This document shows positions 20,092 to 28,748 of a stretch of 64,000 nt of DNA, in pieces. The notes under the pieces were generated by a model, which had not been told where the DNA came from, made no database searches, and was given only the letters and a program-made list of their open reading frames with translations. Position numbers and translations under genes: made by a program. Where the stretch lies: IMG/VR virus record IMGVR_UViG_3300032893_000016, positions 1 through 64,000 of that record. One strand, written 5' to 3'. This DNA comes from a virus. Position 1 is the first letter of the stretch; every line of letters starts with the position of its first letter.

Positions 20092-20801
20092 CTCTTCGGC
20101 ACGGCCCGCTGCGCAAAGAACGGGGTCACGTAGAAGTGGCCGGGCGCACCCATCTTGATCTTCTTGTTATTGTACAGATCGATGAAGCGCGTAATGTCCG
20201 CTTCACTGAAATGCTGGAAGTAGAACTTACTGTCCGTTGTCGCCGGAGCCGGGCCTACGGTGATACGATCGTAGCGCCCGTTGGCAATCTCCTGCTCCGA
20301 CAAATCCGGTTTGCTGGGCTCCCCGTTCCGGCCAAAGGCCGGACCTGATTCCCCACCCTTGTACACCTCCTGCCCCGCGATGGGATTGGGTATACCGTAA
20401 ACGTAAATCTTGTACGATTTATCAGTGGGTCCGATCTCGCAGCCCAACTCGATCAGCTCAAAAAGCTTTTCAGGGCTGAGGCTTCCGCAGTAGCTGCAAA
20501 CCGGAAGCCCACTACGATCGTGGTAGAAGTCTTGGGGCTGCTCGGTGAGCTGCATCCCAAAATTGTCGTGCCGGCGTCCACAGGTGTGGCGGCCTTCAGG
20601 CCCCGGATGCGCTTCGTTCATGTGGCCGGTCAGCTTCCAGAACGCATTGCCGCCGCAAGCCTTGTTGCGACCGGCAGCGGCACCCAAGGGGCTGTCTTCA
20701 TCGAAGCCCCACGAAAAGGTACGCGGGCAGAAGGGGCACTTCTCCGGAAGGTACCCATGATGCTCGATCGTCTTGTGGATTGTACGATCCCCCGCCGCCA
20801 T
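20088..20801 (-). CDS. Cys/His-rich (Zn-binding) hypothetical protein
   Basis: CPFC..H..H and CSYCGS motifs. Confidence 0.65.
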   Translation of the reverse strand: MAAGDRTIHKTIEHHGYLPEKCPFCPRTFSWGFDEDSPLGAAAGRNKACGGNAFWKLTGHMNEAHPGPEGRHTCGRRHDNFGMQLTEQPQDFYHDRSGLPVCSYCGSLSPEKLFELIELGCEIGPTDKSYKIYVYGIPNPIAGQEVYKGGESGPAFGRNGEPSKPDLSEQEIANGRYDRITVGPAPATTDSKFYFQHFSEADITRFIDLYNNKKIKMGAPGHFYVTPFFAQRAVPKS

Positions 20802-20803
20802 GA

Positions 20804-21190
20804 CTACTCGTCCTCGTTGTCCTCGCCGTCCTTGGCAGACATACTCGTGCCCTTGCACATGGCCCCGAGTTCGACGCTGAGCGCGTGCACCTTGGCGATG
20901 CGGCCAAGGTCCTTCTCGCTGTGCCGCTTGCCCGCCTTTTCGAGATCGGCCGCGCTGACGCCCTTCTCGGCCATCTCACAGCAATGCACGCAGTCGACGA
21001 GACCAGCGGCGGCGTCGTGGATGGTCTGGACCGCGGTCTGGTCCTTCTTGCCATGCCGCGCGCCCATCTTTTCCAGCTCGCCAACCAGCGAGCGGAAGGA
21101 ATCCCCCTTCGGGACTGATTTGAAGACTGGGTCATCCTTGGGCTGGGCGAGGGCACCGCTGGAGACCATGGACTCAAGAGAGACAGGCAT
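20804..21190 (-). CDS. Stand-alone scaffold-like motif protein
   Basis: Two K.G.RH..KD....HD/HA repeats resembling MHDLSIQLGAKC in the protease-scaffold. Confidence 0.6.
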   Translation of the reverse strand: MPVSLESMVSSGALAQPKDDPVFKSVPKGDSFRSLVGELEKMGARHGKKDQTAVQTIHDAAAGLVDCVHCCEMAEKGVSAADLEKAGKRHSEKDLGRIAKVHALSVELGAMCKGTSMSAKDGEDNEDE

Positions 21191-21224
21191 TCGGGGGATT
21201 CCTTTCGCTTTATGTACGCTAGGC

Positions 21225-21392
21225 TTACAGGATCACGCCAAGGATGCCCTTGGCGAGGCCATGCCCAATCCAGCCCGCGCCGAAGGCGACCAGGAGGGTG
21301 TAGGAATAGGGATGGGCAGCCAGGAAGGTGCGGACCACGCCCACCTCTTCCTTCAGCTTGGCCTTGAGTTCATCAGACAGACCTTTGAACAT
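21225..21392 (-). CDS. Small membrane protein (55 aa)
   Basis: Read manually: MFKGLSDELK..YTLLVAFGAGWIGHGLAKGILGVIL; GAGGAG RBS. Confidence 0.6.
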   Translation of the reverse strand: MFKGLSDELKAKLKEEVGVVRTFLAAHPYSYTLLVAFGAGWIGHGLAKGILGVIL

Positions 21393-21497
21393 GCTTCGTA
21401 CTCCTCTGGGGTTAAAATCCTAAAAGGGGGCGGGGCTTTTCCGGGGTGCGGAGCTTTTTTCCGCATGTTTTTTCGTGCTTTTTAGTACGTAAAAGGC

Positions 21498-21556
21498 TTG
21501 CATTTAAGTACTAAAAGGCGCAGCATCATGGGGTAATAAATGCGCCTCAGGAGGGC
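21498..21556 (+). promoter_or_regulatory. Promoter plus conserved leader
   Basis: TTGCAT-N17-CAGCAT; GCCTCAGGAGGGC at 21544-21556. Confidence 0.6.
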
Positions 21557-21559
21557 CAT

Positions 21560-22060
21560 ATGATCCGCTTTTCAGCTCCCGGCCAAAAGGACTGGTACCT
21601 AAAGCCGCTGGACGGCCGCGCCCGCAAGGGTGGCGAGTGGGGCCTAAACGCCAAGGACTACCGGGGCGGCGAGTTCCTGCCCAAGTACATTCCCCGCCCG
21701 ATCATGCCCCAAATCGACGCCAAGGATTTGCATGCCCTGCTTCATTTCCTTCGGGCGCACAAGATTGGCGTTAAGTTCGCCAAGGTGCCCGCCAGCCGGT
21801 TCCACCATGAACAGCGCACGGACGCGCTGAAGGTGGCCGCCATTGCTGGCCAGCCGCAGCTTCTTAAGAAGCCCATTTTGGCGAGCCGGGACGGCGGGGT
21901 GCTGGATGGCAATCACCGCCTTGATGCCCATGTGGCCACCGGGACACCTGTGCCGGCGTTCATCATCGACCTGCCCTTCGAGCAGGCCATTGCCGCCTTG
22001 TTCGCCTTCCCCAAGACTTATGCCTTTGGGGACGGCGCAAAACACCCCATTGCAAATTAG
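21560..22060 (+). CDS. ParB/Sulfiredoxin-like domain protein
   Basis: MPQID..KPILASRDGGVLDGNHR motif. Confidence 0.75.
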   Translation: MIRFSAPGQKDWYLKPLDGRARKGGEWGLNAKDYRGGEFLPKYIPRPIMPQIDAKDLHALLHFLRAHKIGVKFAKVPASRFHHEQRTDALKVAAIAGQPQLLKKPILASRDGGVLDGNHRLDAHVATGTPVPAFIIDLPFEQAIAALFAFPKTYAFGDGAKHPIAN

Positions 22061-22098
22061 TACGCAAAGCCTATATCTTAGCCAAGCCTCAGGAGGGC
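22050..22098 (+). promoter_or_regulatory. Promoter plus conserved leader
   Basis: TTGCAA-N16/18-TATATC/TATCTT; GCCTCAGGAGGGC at 22086-22098. Confidence 0.6.
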
Positions 22099-22104
22099 CA
22101 AAAG

Positions 22105-22488
22105 ATGATTACACTGGACAAATTGCGCTTACCCAAAGCGGGCTACACGGCCCACATCGACGGCAATGGTGGCGAGGCCGAACTCGTGCTTTGCATGAGC
22201 CCCAGCCAAGCCTACCAGACCGCCTTGGTCGCCATATCGTGCGAGGTCGATGGAACAACGGACGTCATTGCCGACCACCGGCTCAGCGGGAAAGGAAAAC
22301 ACGCCAGCTTCCCGGATGCCGATATGTACAACTTCTTGGTCGGCCTCATCGCTTCATGGGCTGCCAAAGGCATCAAGCCCGATGCCGAACAGCGGGAGGA
22401 ACTGCAGCGCAAAGCCGTCGAGTTCGCACAAAAGATTTGCAAGCACTTCTACTTCCCGATCCCAAAGGAGGCCAAGCGGAAGAAATGA
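22105..22488 (+). CDS. Hypothetical protein
   Basis: Follows the conserved leader. Confidence 0.7.
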   Translation: MITLDKLRLPKAGYTAHIDGNGGEAELVLCMSPSQAYQTALVAISCEVDGTTDVIADHRLSGKGKHASFPDADMYNFLVGLIASWAAKGIKPDAEQREELQRKAVEFAQKICKHFYFPIPKEAKRKK

Positions 22489-22637
22489 AGCTGTCCAGCC
22501 TCCTTTACAAACTCGCCCGCGGTAGCCGCGACGTCAACGCCATCAAGCGTGGGCCGAAGGCCATCGTCAAACGGCAGGTGCGCAAGACACTCATGAAGGG
22601 CGCGGCTGCGCTCATCGGAAAGGTCGTGGGCAAATGA
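22485..22637 (+). CDS. Small basic protein (50 aa)
   Basis: MKLSSLLYKLARGSRDVNAIKRGPKAIVKRQVRK..; ATGA overlaps at both ends. Confidence 0.65.
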   Translation: MKLSSLLYKLARGSRDVNAIKRGPKAIVKRQVRKTLMKGAAALIGKVVGK

Positions 22638-23026
22638 AGGAGCGTGAAGGCAAACGGTACTATGGTTGCTGGGCAGGCAACCCGGAAGGTCGCGCCGAAG
22701 ACCCCAAGCTCTGCATTGAATCGGTCTGGTCGAAGGATCGGTTCAGCCAAGAGAGCCAGTGCTCTCGTAAGCGCGGCCACGGGCCGAATGGCTTGTACTG
22801 CAAAATCCACGATCCCGCCGCTGTCAAAGCGCGGGAGGAAAAGTCCAACGCCAAGTACGAGGAAGGCTTGGAAAAGCATCGCCTCGGCTGGGATGGCCCC
22901 ACCATGCTGAAGGCTTTGATCGACATCGCCAACGGGCACAATGATGCTAGGAGTCTTGCCAGCGAAACCATTACCAAACTCGACCGCGATATCAAAACCG
23001 GAAAGAGGCTGAAGAATGATGACTAA
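22634..23026 (+). CDS. Hypothetical protein with a C..C..C..H Zn motif
   Basis: QCSRKRG..YCKIH. Confidence 0.65.
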   Translation: MKEREGKRYYGCWAGNPEGRAEDPKLCIESVWSKDRFSQESQCSRKRGHGPNGLYCKIHDPAAVKAREEKSNAKYEEGLEKHRLGWDGPTMLKALIDIANGHNDARSLASETITKLDRDIKTGKRLKNDD

Positions 23027-23113
23027 GCACTGGCCACTCATCGCGCTGTGGGCTTGCGCCGCTGGCATCTTTATCCTGACCGCCTACCGCATGATCCACC
23101 CCTTGGGGGCTGA

Positions 23114-23470
23114 ATGACGCGCGAACTAATCGAGAAGCGCATCGGCGCATGCGGCTGCCCGGAAGAAGTCTGGCGCATCGACGGCCTTGATGTTGAGATC
23201 CATTTTGAGAACGCGCCCGAGGGCCCGTTCGCCGATGTGTGGGTCGACGCTGGCGACTGGGATGTGCTGAACCGCTACTCCGGTGAGCCTGACGTGGCGC
23301 GCGAAGCAGCGCTGGCTGATATTGAAAGCTGGCCAGACGAACCCTTGCGTGACCCACAGCAGGAAAGGAAACACATGCTGAAGAAAATCGCCAAAGCTAT
23401 CATCCTCCTTGCCGCGCTTGCTATCATTCTACCTTTGGAAGCAGCGCAGCTCGGGCTGTGGCCTTTCTAA
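23114..23470 (+). CDS. Hypothetical protein with a hydrophobic C-terminus
   Basis: ORF; an internal RBS+ATG near 23375 may start a separate membrane peptide. Confidence 0.5.
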   Translation: MTRELIEKRIGACGCPEEVWRIDGLDVEIHFENAPEGPFADVWVDAGDWDVLNRYSGEPDVAREAALADIESWPDEPLRDPQQERKHMLKKIAKAIILLAALAIILPLEAAQLGLWPF

Positions 23471-23471
23471 C

Positions 23472-23640
23472 CAGTTAAGGGAGGCTATGTACTAGGCGAG
23501 CGTGGGGCGTCATAGCGGTGACCCCGAAAAAAGATGCGATGAGTCAGATCAAGGTATTGCTCAACCAGCCTTGATCTGAGCAGCGGGCCTCCCACCCTTA
23601 ACCCGGGTGACTCACTCCGCTAATTGCATCAACCCCCGCA
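23472..23640. ncRNA. Candidate structured RNA between convergent genes
   Basis: Several nested and crossing inverted repeats (see findings). Confidence 0.45.
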
Positions 23641-23641
23641 T

Positions 23642-24529
23642 TTATTCTCCTAAGACCACGGGAACGATCGTACACTCACAGCCGGGATGAGCCGTAGGCG
23701 CATCGTCCCCAGACGGGAATACATCATCAAGCTCGATGGGTCCAGCGTCTGCATTTTCAAGGCAGATCTCGCAAGCTTCCGCATCAGGCCACCATTCTTT
23801 TTGGACGTTGACGCCGGCGTCTTTCGCTTCTTTGAAGCCACCCAACACCCCCGCATTGTGCGCGTCAATCGTTTCGGTCCGCGCGATCATGCGCGCCCGA
23901 TAATCCGAGAAGGCGAACATTTCGTCCGTGCTGTTCGGACCATCCTGAATGAAATCGGCCAGCTTATTGATTCCCCAACCTTCGTCGATGGCTTGGGTGA
24001 TCGTGCGGTTCAGCATGTCGCGCGTGGTCTCGTCGATGTTCCACTGCGCATTGGGATTGTCGACCAGCTTCCCATCGACCCACTTCTTGCCGACCAGCTC
24101 CGCGCCACGTTCCTTTGCGTAGGCATTGGCCCGGCCGTTGACGAGGTTTACGATGTCGCTTGATGAAGGGCCACCAACAGCAGCGTAAGCATCGCGACCA
24201 GCAGTAGCGAAAGTTGCTGACAGCTGTGGCTCAATATCAGTTGCGAGCTGATCCAAGCCCGACAGGTCGACAATGAGATGACCATTCAGCTCATCCCCTT
24301 TTTTCTTGGCCTTCGTGACCAGCTTCTGCTTGCGGATTTGATCCGCGACATCCTTGGCCATTTTCTTGAATAGGTCAAGAACGATCGTTGTAGCTGCTTG
24401 ACGCTGTTCCGAAGTCCGCGAGTATGGAACAGCAAGGTCATGCGGCCTCTCTTTGGTACTCTTAGTAAGGGATGACGAGTTGGCGGTAGCTGCGCCATGC
24501 GCGTGCGGCGAGTTGCTTTTCGTCGACAT
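23642..24529 (-). CDS. Head morphogenesis protein (SPP1 gp7 / Mu gpF family)
   Basis: RARMIARTET, KEW..ACEIC..N and PTAHPGCEC motifs; start uncertain. Confidence 0.88.
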   Translation of the reverse strand: MSTKSNSPHAHGAATANSSSLTKSTKERPHDLAVPYSRTSEQRQAATTIVLDLFKKMAKDVADQIRKQKLVTKAKKKGDELNGHLIVDLSGLDQLATDIEPQLSATFATAGRDAYAAVGGPSSSDIVNLVNGRANAYAKERGAELVGKKWVDGKLVDNPNAQWNIDETTRDMLNRTITQAIDEGWGINKLADFIQDGPNSTDEMFAFSDYRARMIARTETIDAHNAGVLGGFKEAKDAGVNVQKEWWPDAEACEICLENADAGPIELDDVFPSGDDAPTAHPGCECTIVPVVLGE

Positions 24530-26549
24530 CGTCCATCCAGTTCTCTTTGACGGGGGCGTACACTTCCGGCCCGAACACCAGCTTGCCATCATAGGGCACG
24601 ACCTCGTCAAGGTCGAGGCCCTCCGGCGCATTGTAGGTGATGGTCACGTGGGACTTGTACGAAGGATGATCCCAGCTCGCACCAATGTCCTTGAAGTCCT
24701 GCCACCGGTTCATCAATTGCAGGCTGCCAAACTGAAGTACAACGGCCTCACCGAACTGCTCGATTGAGCGGCTGCCCGTGCTGACGATGACCTTGTCCGG
24801 GGCGCGGGTGATGCGGTCCCAATCGACGGGCTCCCGGCTGAAAGCGATCGTCACGTGCATGTCATCGGGCGGAAGGGTGGTTTCAAAGCCCTGCTCCCTT
24901 GCCCACTTGATGAGATCGTCGGCGTTCAACAGCGGCCGATGGACGTAGAGGGTAGATAGGCCAGCCACCTTGCGCAGCTTCTGCGAAGGTCCAGGAAGGG
25001 CTTTTGCTCCATCCGCTCCCTGTGCCCCCGGCTTGGCCTTCCCGCCAGCAGGGCCAGCTCCAGGCGCGACCAATGGAAGGGGAGGCCCTCCAGGTTCGCC
25101 GGGCGCGGGCGGGTTCACAACGTGCTCAAGCAGGACAGGAGACCCACCCAAGAAGATGATGGGCTTATCGCCAATGTCGCCGTAGGGCTCGCGGCCCATT
25201 GCCTCACGGTACTCATTCAGCGTGATGGCACCCTTGGCGACCTGCGTGTCGAGAAGGCTGACCTTGACCTCGGGGTCTTCTTCCTCATCCTCAGCCCAAG
25301 CAAACTCAAGATCGTACTGGCCAAGATGCTCCTGCACGAGCATGTTGATCAGGCGCAGCACATACCCAAGGAGCGGGGCGAGCCCTTCCTCTGTCGCGGC
25401 CTCTTTCGCGGTCTGCGCCGTGGCGCGGTTGACCTGCTTTACGAAAGCCGTCGGCGGAATCGAGAAGGCGTAGCAGCACACGCGCGCCAGCCATTCATCG
25501 AATTCATCCTTGAGGACCGCGGGCTTGGTCTGCTCCATCTTCGTGCCACCCGGCACGAACTTGGCACGCCGGCGTTGCGCGGTGTTGCCCTCAAAGATGG
25601 CATCCCATGCGTTCTGGAAGTCGGCGATCTGTTGCGGCGTCCAGCTTTCCGGCGTACCGATCAGGGCATCCGGGATGTTGCCCATCGTATAGTACTCAAG
25701 CTGGCTCGTCTGCTTCCGAAGCGCAATGTTGACCGTCATCACGATTTGCTGGACGGGCGACATGCCGTAAATGCGATTGGGGCGCGGATTGCGCGGCTGG
25801 TAGATCAGCTGATCGCGGGTGTAATTCCAAGCAGGCATGCCCTTGATGACCTGCTGATAGGCCACGGAGGGCGGAGCGGGTGTACGACCCTGCTCATCAA
25901 TCACGCGCTTGATGGTCATGCCGGAAACGATCTCGAACTTCGTCTCCATCGGATCGTCGCGGTTGATGTAGATGCTGGGAGCATCATACACAAGCACATC
26001 TTCCAGCAACATGCGCAGCCAAGTGGGGAAGGGGGTAATGCCGTCCGGCTTCTCCATAAACTTGGTGGTCTGGTCGATCCGGGCTTGCTGTTCCGGGGTA
26101 ATGGCCGCTTCCGCTGCCTTCCGTTTGGCCGCGCGAGCAGCCTTACCCAGCTTCTTATTCTCTTCCTCTTCGCGCGGGCGGATCTTCCAACCCAACGCCT
26201 CGATCTGGTCCTTGCGGGTTTCGATCAGCAGCCGCGTGATGTCATGGTATTCCGCCAGCATGTACAAATCCCACATGCTGATGAATTCATCATTGCGAGG
26301 CGGGACAGTCGTGTTCTGACCAACGCGGTAGTCAAGGGCGCGAGCCTGCTCCTGCTTCGGCCCCATCGGCCGCAAGGGTTGACCGGGGCTGAACCATGAT
26401 TCATTGGTCACGTTCTGCACGGTTTCAGAAACGTACTGAACAGCCTTGGCGATCCCCGTACTCTGGAGGAGCCGCCCAACGAGCGAAGGCTTGCCCGCGC
26501 GTACAGGCGCGGGCGGCAGTTGCGCCGTACCGTTGGGATTCATATTCAT
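24462..26549 (-). CDS. Portal protein with a C-terminal Acb1-like 2H phosphoesterase domain
   Basis: Portal motifs (IETRKDQ, YGMSPVQQI, GNIPD, ITLNEYREAMG); P/G/A linker; C-terminal domain with two HVT motifs. Confidence 0.88.
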   Translation of the reverse strand: MNMNPNGTAQLPPAPVRAGKPSLVGRLLQSTGIAKAVQYVSETVQNVTNESWFSPGQPLRPMGPKQEQARALDYRVGQNTTVPPRNDEFISMWDLYMLAEYHDITRLLIETRKDQIEALGWKIRPREEEENKKLGKAARAAKRKAAEAAITPEQQARIDQTTKFMEKPDGITPFPTWLRMLLEDVLVYDAPSIYINRDDPMETKFEIVSGMTIKRVIDEQGRTPAPPSVAYQQVIKGMPAWNYTRDQLIYQPRNPRPNRIYGMSPVQQIVMTVNIALRKQTSQLEYYTMGNIPDALIGTPESWTPQQIADFQNAWDAIFEGNTAQRRRAKFVPGGTKMEQTKPAVLKDEFDEWLARVCCYAFSIPPTAFVKQVNRATAQTAKEAATEEGLAPLLGYVLRLINMLVQEHLGQYDLEFAWAEDEEEDPEVKVSLLDTQVAKGAITLNEYREAMGREPYGDIGDKPIIFLGGSPVLLEHVVNPPAPGEPGGPPLPLVAPGAGPAGGKAKPGAQGADGAKALPGPSQKLRKVAGLSTLYVHRPLLNADDLIKWAREQGFETTLPPDDMHVTIAFSREPVDWDRITRAPDKVIVSTGSRSIEQFGEAVVLQFGSLQLMNRWQDFKDIGASWDHPSYKSHVTITYNAPEGLDLDEVVPYDGKLVFGPEVYAPVKENWMDDVDEKQLAARAWRSYRQLVIPY

Positions 26550-26558
26550 GTTTGGGTC

Positions 26559-26972
26559 CTAGATCGAGAAGGCCGGTTGGCCCTCTTTCTGTTCATAGTA
26601 CTCAATGAGGCGCGCGATCTGCATGACCGAAAGGTCGGCCAGCTTGGGCGCGGTGTGCTTGTTCGGGCCTGCCAACGTATCCCGCATCTGATGTACCAGC
26701 TTGAGCCGGCGAATGATGGACTTGGCGATCATGTCACGCGGGAAGCCGCTGGCGATCCAAAGGTTCTCGCCTCCGAAGTTCACCAGCGAATAGGTGCACA
26801 CCAATGTATGTGATATGTGCTTTGGCGGCTCCGTTGCCTCTTTCAAGGTAATGGGCGCGGTGTATTGATAAGAGAACTGAGCACTCCCATTGGGCTTGTG
26901 CAGCACGTCAGGACCTTCAAAGGCGCGCTCTTGCATATCCAGCGGACCACCAATGCACAGGTACTTAACCAT
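26559..26972 (-). CDS. Hypothetical protein
   Basis: IGGPLD N-terminal motif; between terminase and portal. Confidence 0.65.
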   Translation of the reverse strand: MVKYLCIGGPLDMQERAFEGPDVLHKPNGSAQFSYQYTAPITLKEATEPPKHISHTLVCTYSLVNFGGENLWIASGFPRDMIAKSIIRRLKLVHQMRDTLAGPNKHTAPKLADLSVMQIARLIEYYEQKEGQPAFSI

Positions 26973-26981
26973 GTCAAACCT

Positions 26982-28748
26982 CTAAGCGTCTACCCATCCA
27001 GACTTACGCAACTGCTTTGCGTGATCGGGATTGAGGACGAATGATCCGTCCACACGGGGCAAGATGGGCTCACCACGCAATCCAATCAAGAGCTGGACTT
27101 CGGAAGGGGGCTTTAGTACAACGCCGCCATTGTCGACCGTAGGTGTTACAGGCGGAGCTTTTTCCTTGAGTTCCTTTGCGATCGTTTCTTCAGCAAGCTT
27201 ACGATAGTAGTCGATGAGGCCGGTGGTGCCATCGAGGAAAGCGTTGAACGCACGGCTTGTGCTATCAACGTCGTCATCATGTTGCTCGCCAGTATTATCG
27301 AAGGCCTCAAGTACCGTGAGCCACCTTTCGTTCCACGGGGCGCGCACGACTTTGACAAGGCGGGCTTCCGCGACTGAACTGAACGGACCAAAGCGGACAA
27401 GCTTGTCGCCTGCTTCGGGGGTAGTATAACACGAATAACCATCGAGCAGCTTCTTGAAGTTGAGGGCTTGCGACTTACCAGCCTGCCCCGGGTCTTGGGG
27501 AATCCATTGCTGTACTTCGCGGCCGTCCATCGCGGCCTTCTCTTTGATCTGCGCTTCGACCTTGCCGCTTGACCACTGAACGTACGAATGATCCAAGATA
27601 TAGGTGTAGGGGTCTTTCGACGCATCCTTGGCCTTACCGATCAGCGTCGAACAGGTATAGTCGGGATCGTTGAGCTGGGTCTTCTCCGTCGCGGCCAAAT
27701 CCCAGCCGCGCTTCTTTACCAGGTCTTTCGGTACCTCGTCCGCGTTGATCCAATTCTCAGGCAAAATCCAGGAGCGCTTGAAATGCAAACCAGCGGCAGG
27801 CTTGATGAGCCAGTTGCCTTTGAGCAGGCGCTCGCGTTCGACCGTGGGCAGCGCCAGCAGGTTCGCAAGGTAGCCGGGGTCCTTCTTCATCAGCTCCTGG
27901 TTGTCGAACAACGTGGAGGGGATGAAGGTCACGCTCTTGGGGCGCAACTCAATCTCATTGCCGTTCTTGTCGAACTTGGCAATGCCGAGGAACTCGTGCG
28001 TCAGGTCTTGTGGGCTGCCCGCCCAACGAAGCTCATCGCCGACGCGCACGAACCAGCGCTTGACGCCGGCACGCTCCGGAATGGGGAAGCCCGTTTCAGG
28101 ATCAATCCACCATGCGATGAACTTGGCCACCCAGCTATCCGCATCCGGGTTGCAGGTGGCGCGGATGAAAGGCTTCACGCCGCACGTCGAACGATTGCGG
28201 GACAGCATGTAGAAGAACTGCTTCTGCGTGAACTCGGTAAGCTCGTCAAAGCAGATCAGCGGTACTTGCGAACCATGCCAATCGTGAACCGTATCATCGT
28301 ACTCAAGGTGCGCGAACTTAACCCGCGCGCCCGGCCCCGGCACGTCCGAGTAGGTCGTGGGGAACGTCCACTCAAGCAGGTTCTTGGTCGGGTTCGGCAC
28401 AGCGAACGGGGGCAGGCCCATGTACATGGACATGCTCTCATCCCACAGCGCACCCGGGTTGCGAATGGATGGGGTCGTACGACGAAAGATGACACAACTG
28501 AAGTTCGCATTTGTCCAGGTACGCACAGGCTCCATGAGCAATGCGTACGACTTGCCACCGCCCGCGCTGCCACCAAAGATGGCAATGTCGGCATCGGTGT
28601 GGGCGAAGAGCGCTTGCGGTCCGGGCTGCTCCTCGGGAAACAAGGGCGTAATGCCGTTGGCACGGGCCCAATCATTGTAGCGAATGATGCCGGAAAAAGA
28701 ATTGTAATCAGGCTCCTTGACATCCTCCGCAAGGCGGATGCGGGTCAA
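26982..28748 (-). CDS. terL: Terminase large subunit
   Basis: GGSAGGGKS Walker A; FDELTEF Walker B; RATCNP; GWDLA and HDDDVD nuclease motifs. Confidence 0.95.
   Translation of the reverse strand: MTRIRLAEDVKEPDYNSFSGIIRYNDWARANGITPLFPEEQPGPQALFAHTDADIAIFGGSAGGGKSYALLMEPVRTWTNANFSCVIFRRTTPSIRNPGALWDESMSMYMGLPPFAVPNPTKNLLEWTFPTTYSDVPGPGARVKFAHLEYDDTVHDWHGSQVPLICFDELTEFTQKQFFYMLSRNRSTCGVKPFIRATCNPDADSWVAKFIAWWIDPETGFPIPERAGVKRWFVRVGDELRWAGSPQDLTHEFLGIAKFDKNGNEIELRPKSVTFIPSTLFDNQELMKKDPGYLANLLALPTVERERLLKGNWLIKPAAGLHFKRSWILPENWINADEVPKDLVKKRGWDLAATEKTQLNDPDYTCSTLIGKAKDASKDPYTYILDHSYVQWSSGKVEAQIKEKAAMDGREVQQWIPQDPGQAGKSQALNFKKLLDGYSCYTTPEAGDKLVRFGPFSSVAEARLVKVVRAPWNERWLTVLEAFDNTGEQHDDDVDSTSRAFNAFLDGTTGLIDYYRKLAEETIAKELKEKAPPVTPTVDNGGVVLKPPSEVQLLIGLRGEPILPRVDGSFVLNPDHAKQLRKSGWVDA

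Noticed and set aside
23472-23640. tRNA or hammerhead ribozyme
   Set aside because: No T-loop GTTC or cloverleaf and no CTGATGA core; kept only as an unclassified RNA candidate
26982-28748. Intein or intron in terL (polA and recA also checked)
   Set aside because: Lengths and motif spacing look normal; no splicing motifs
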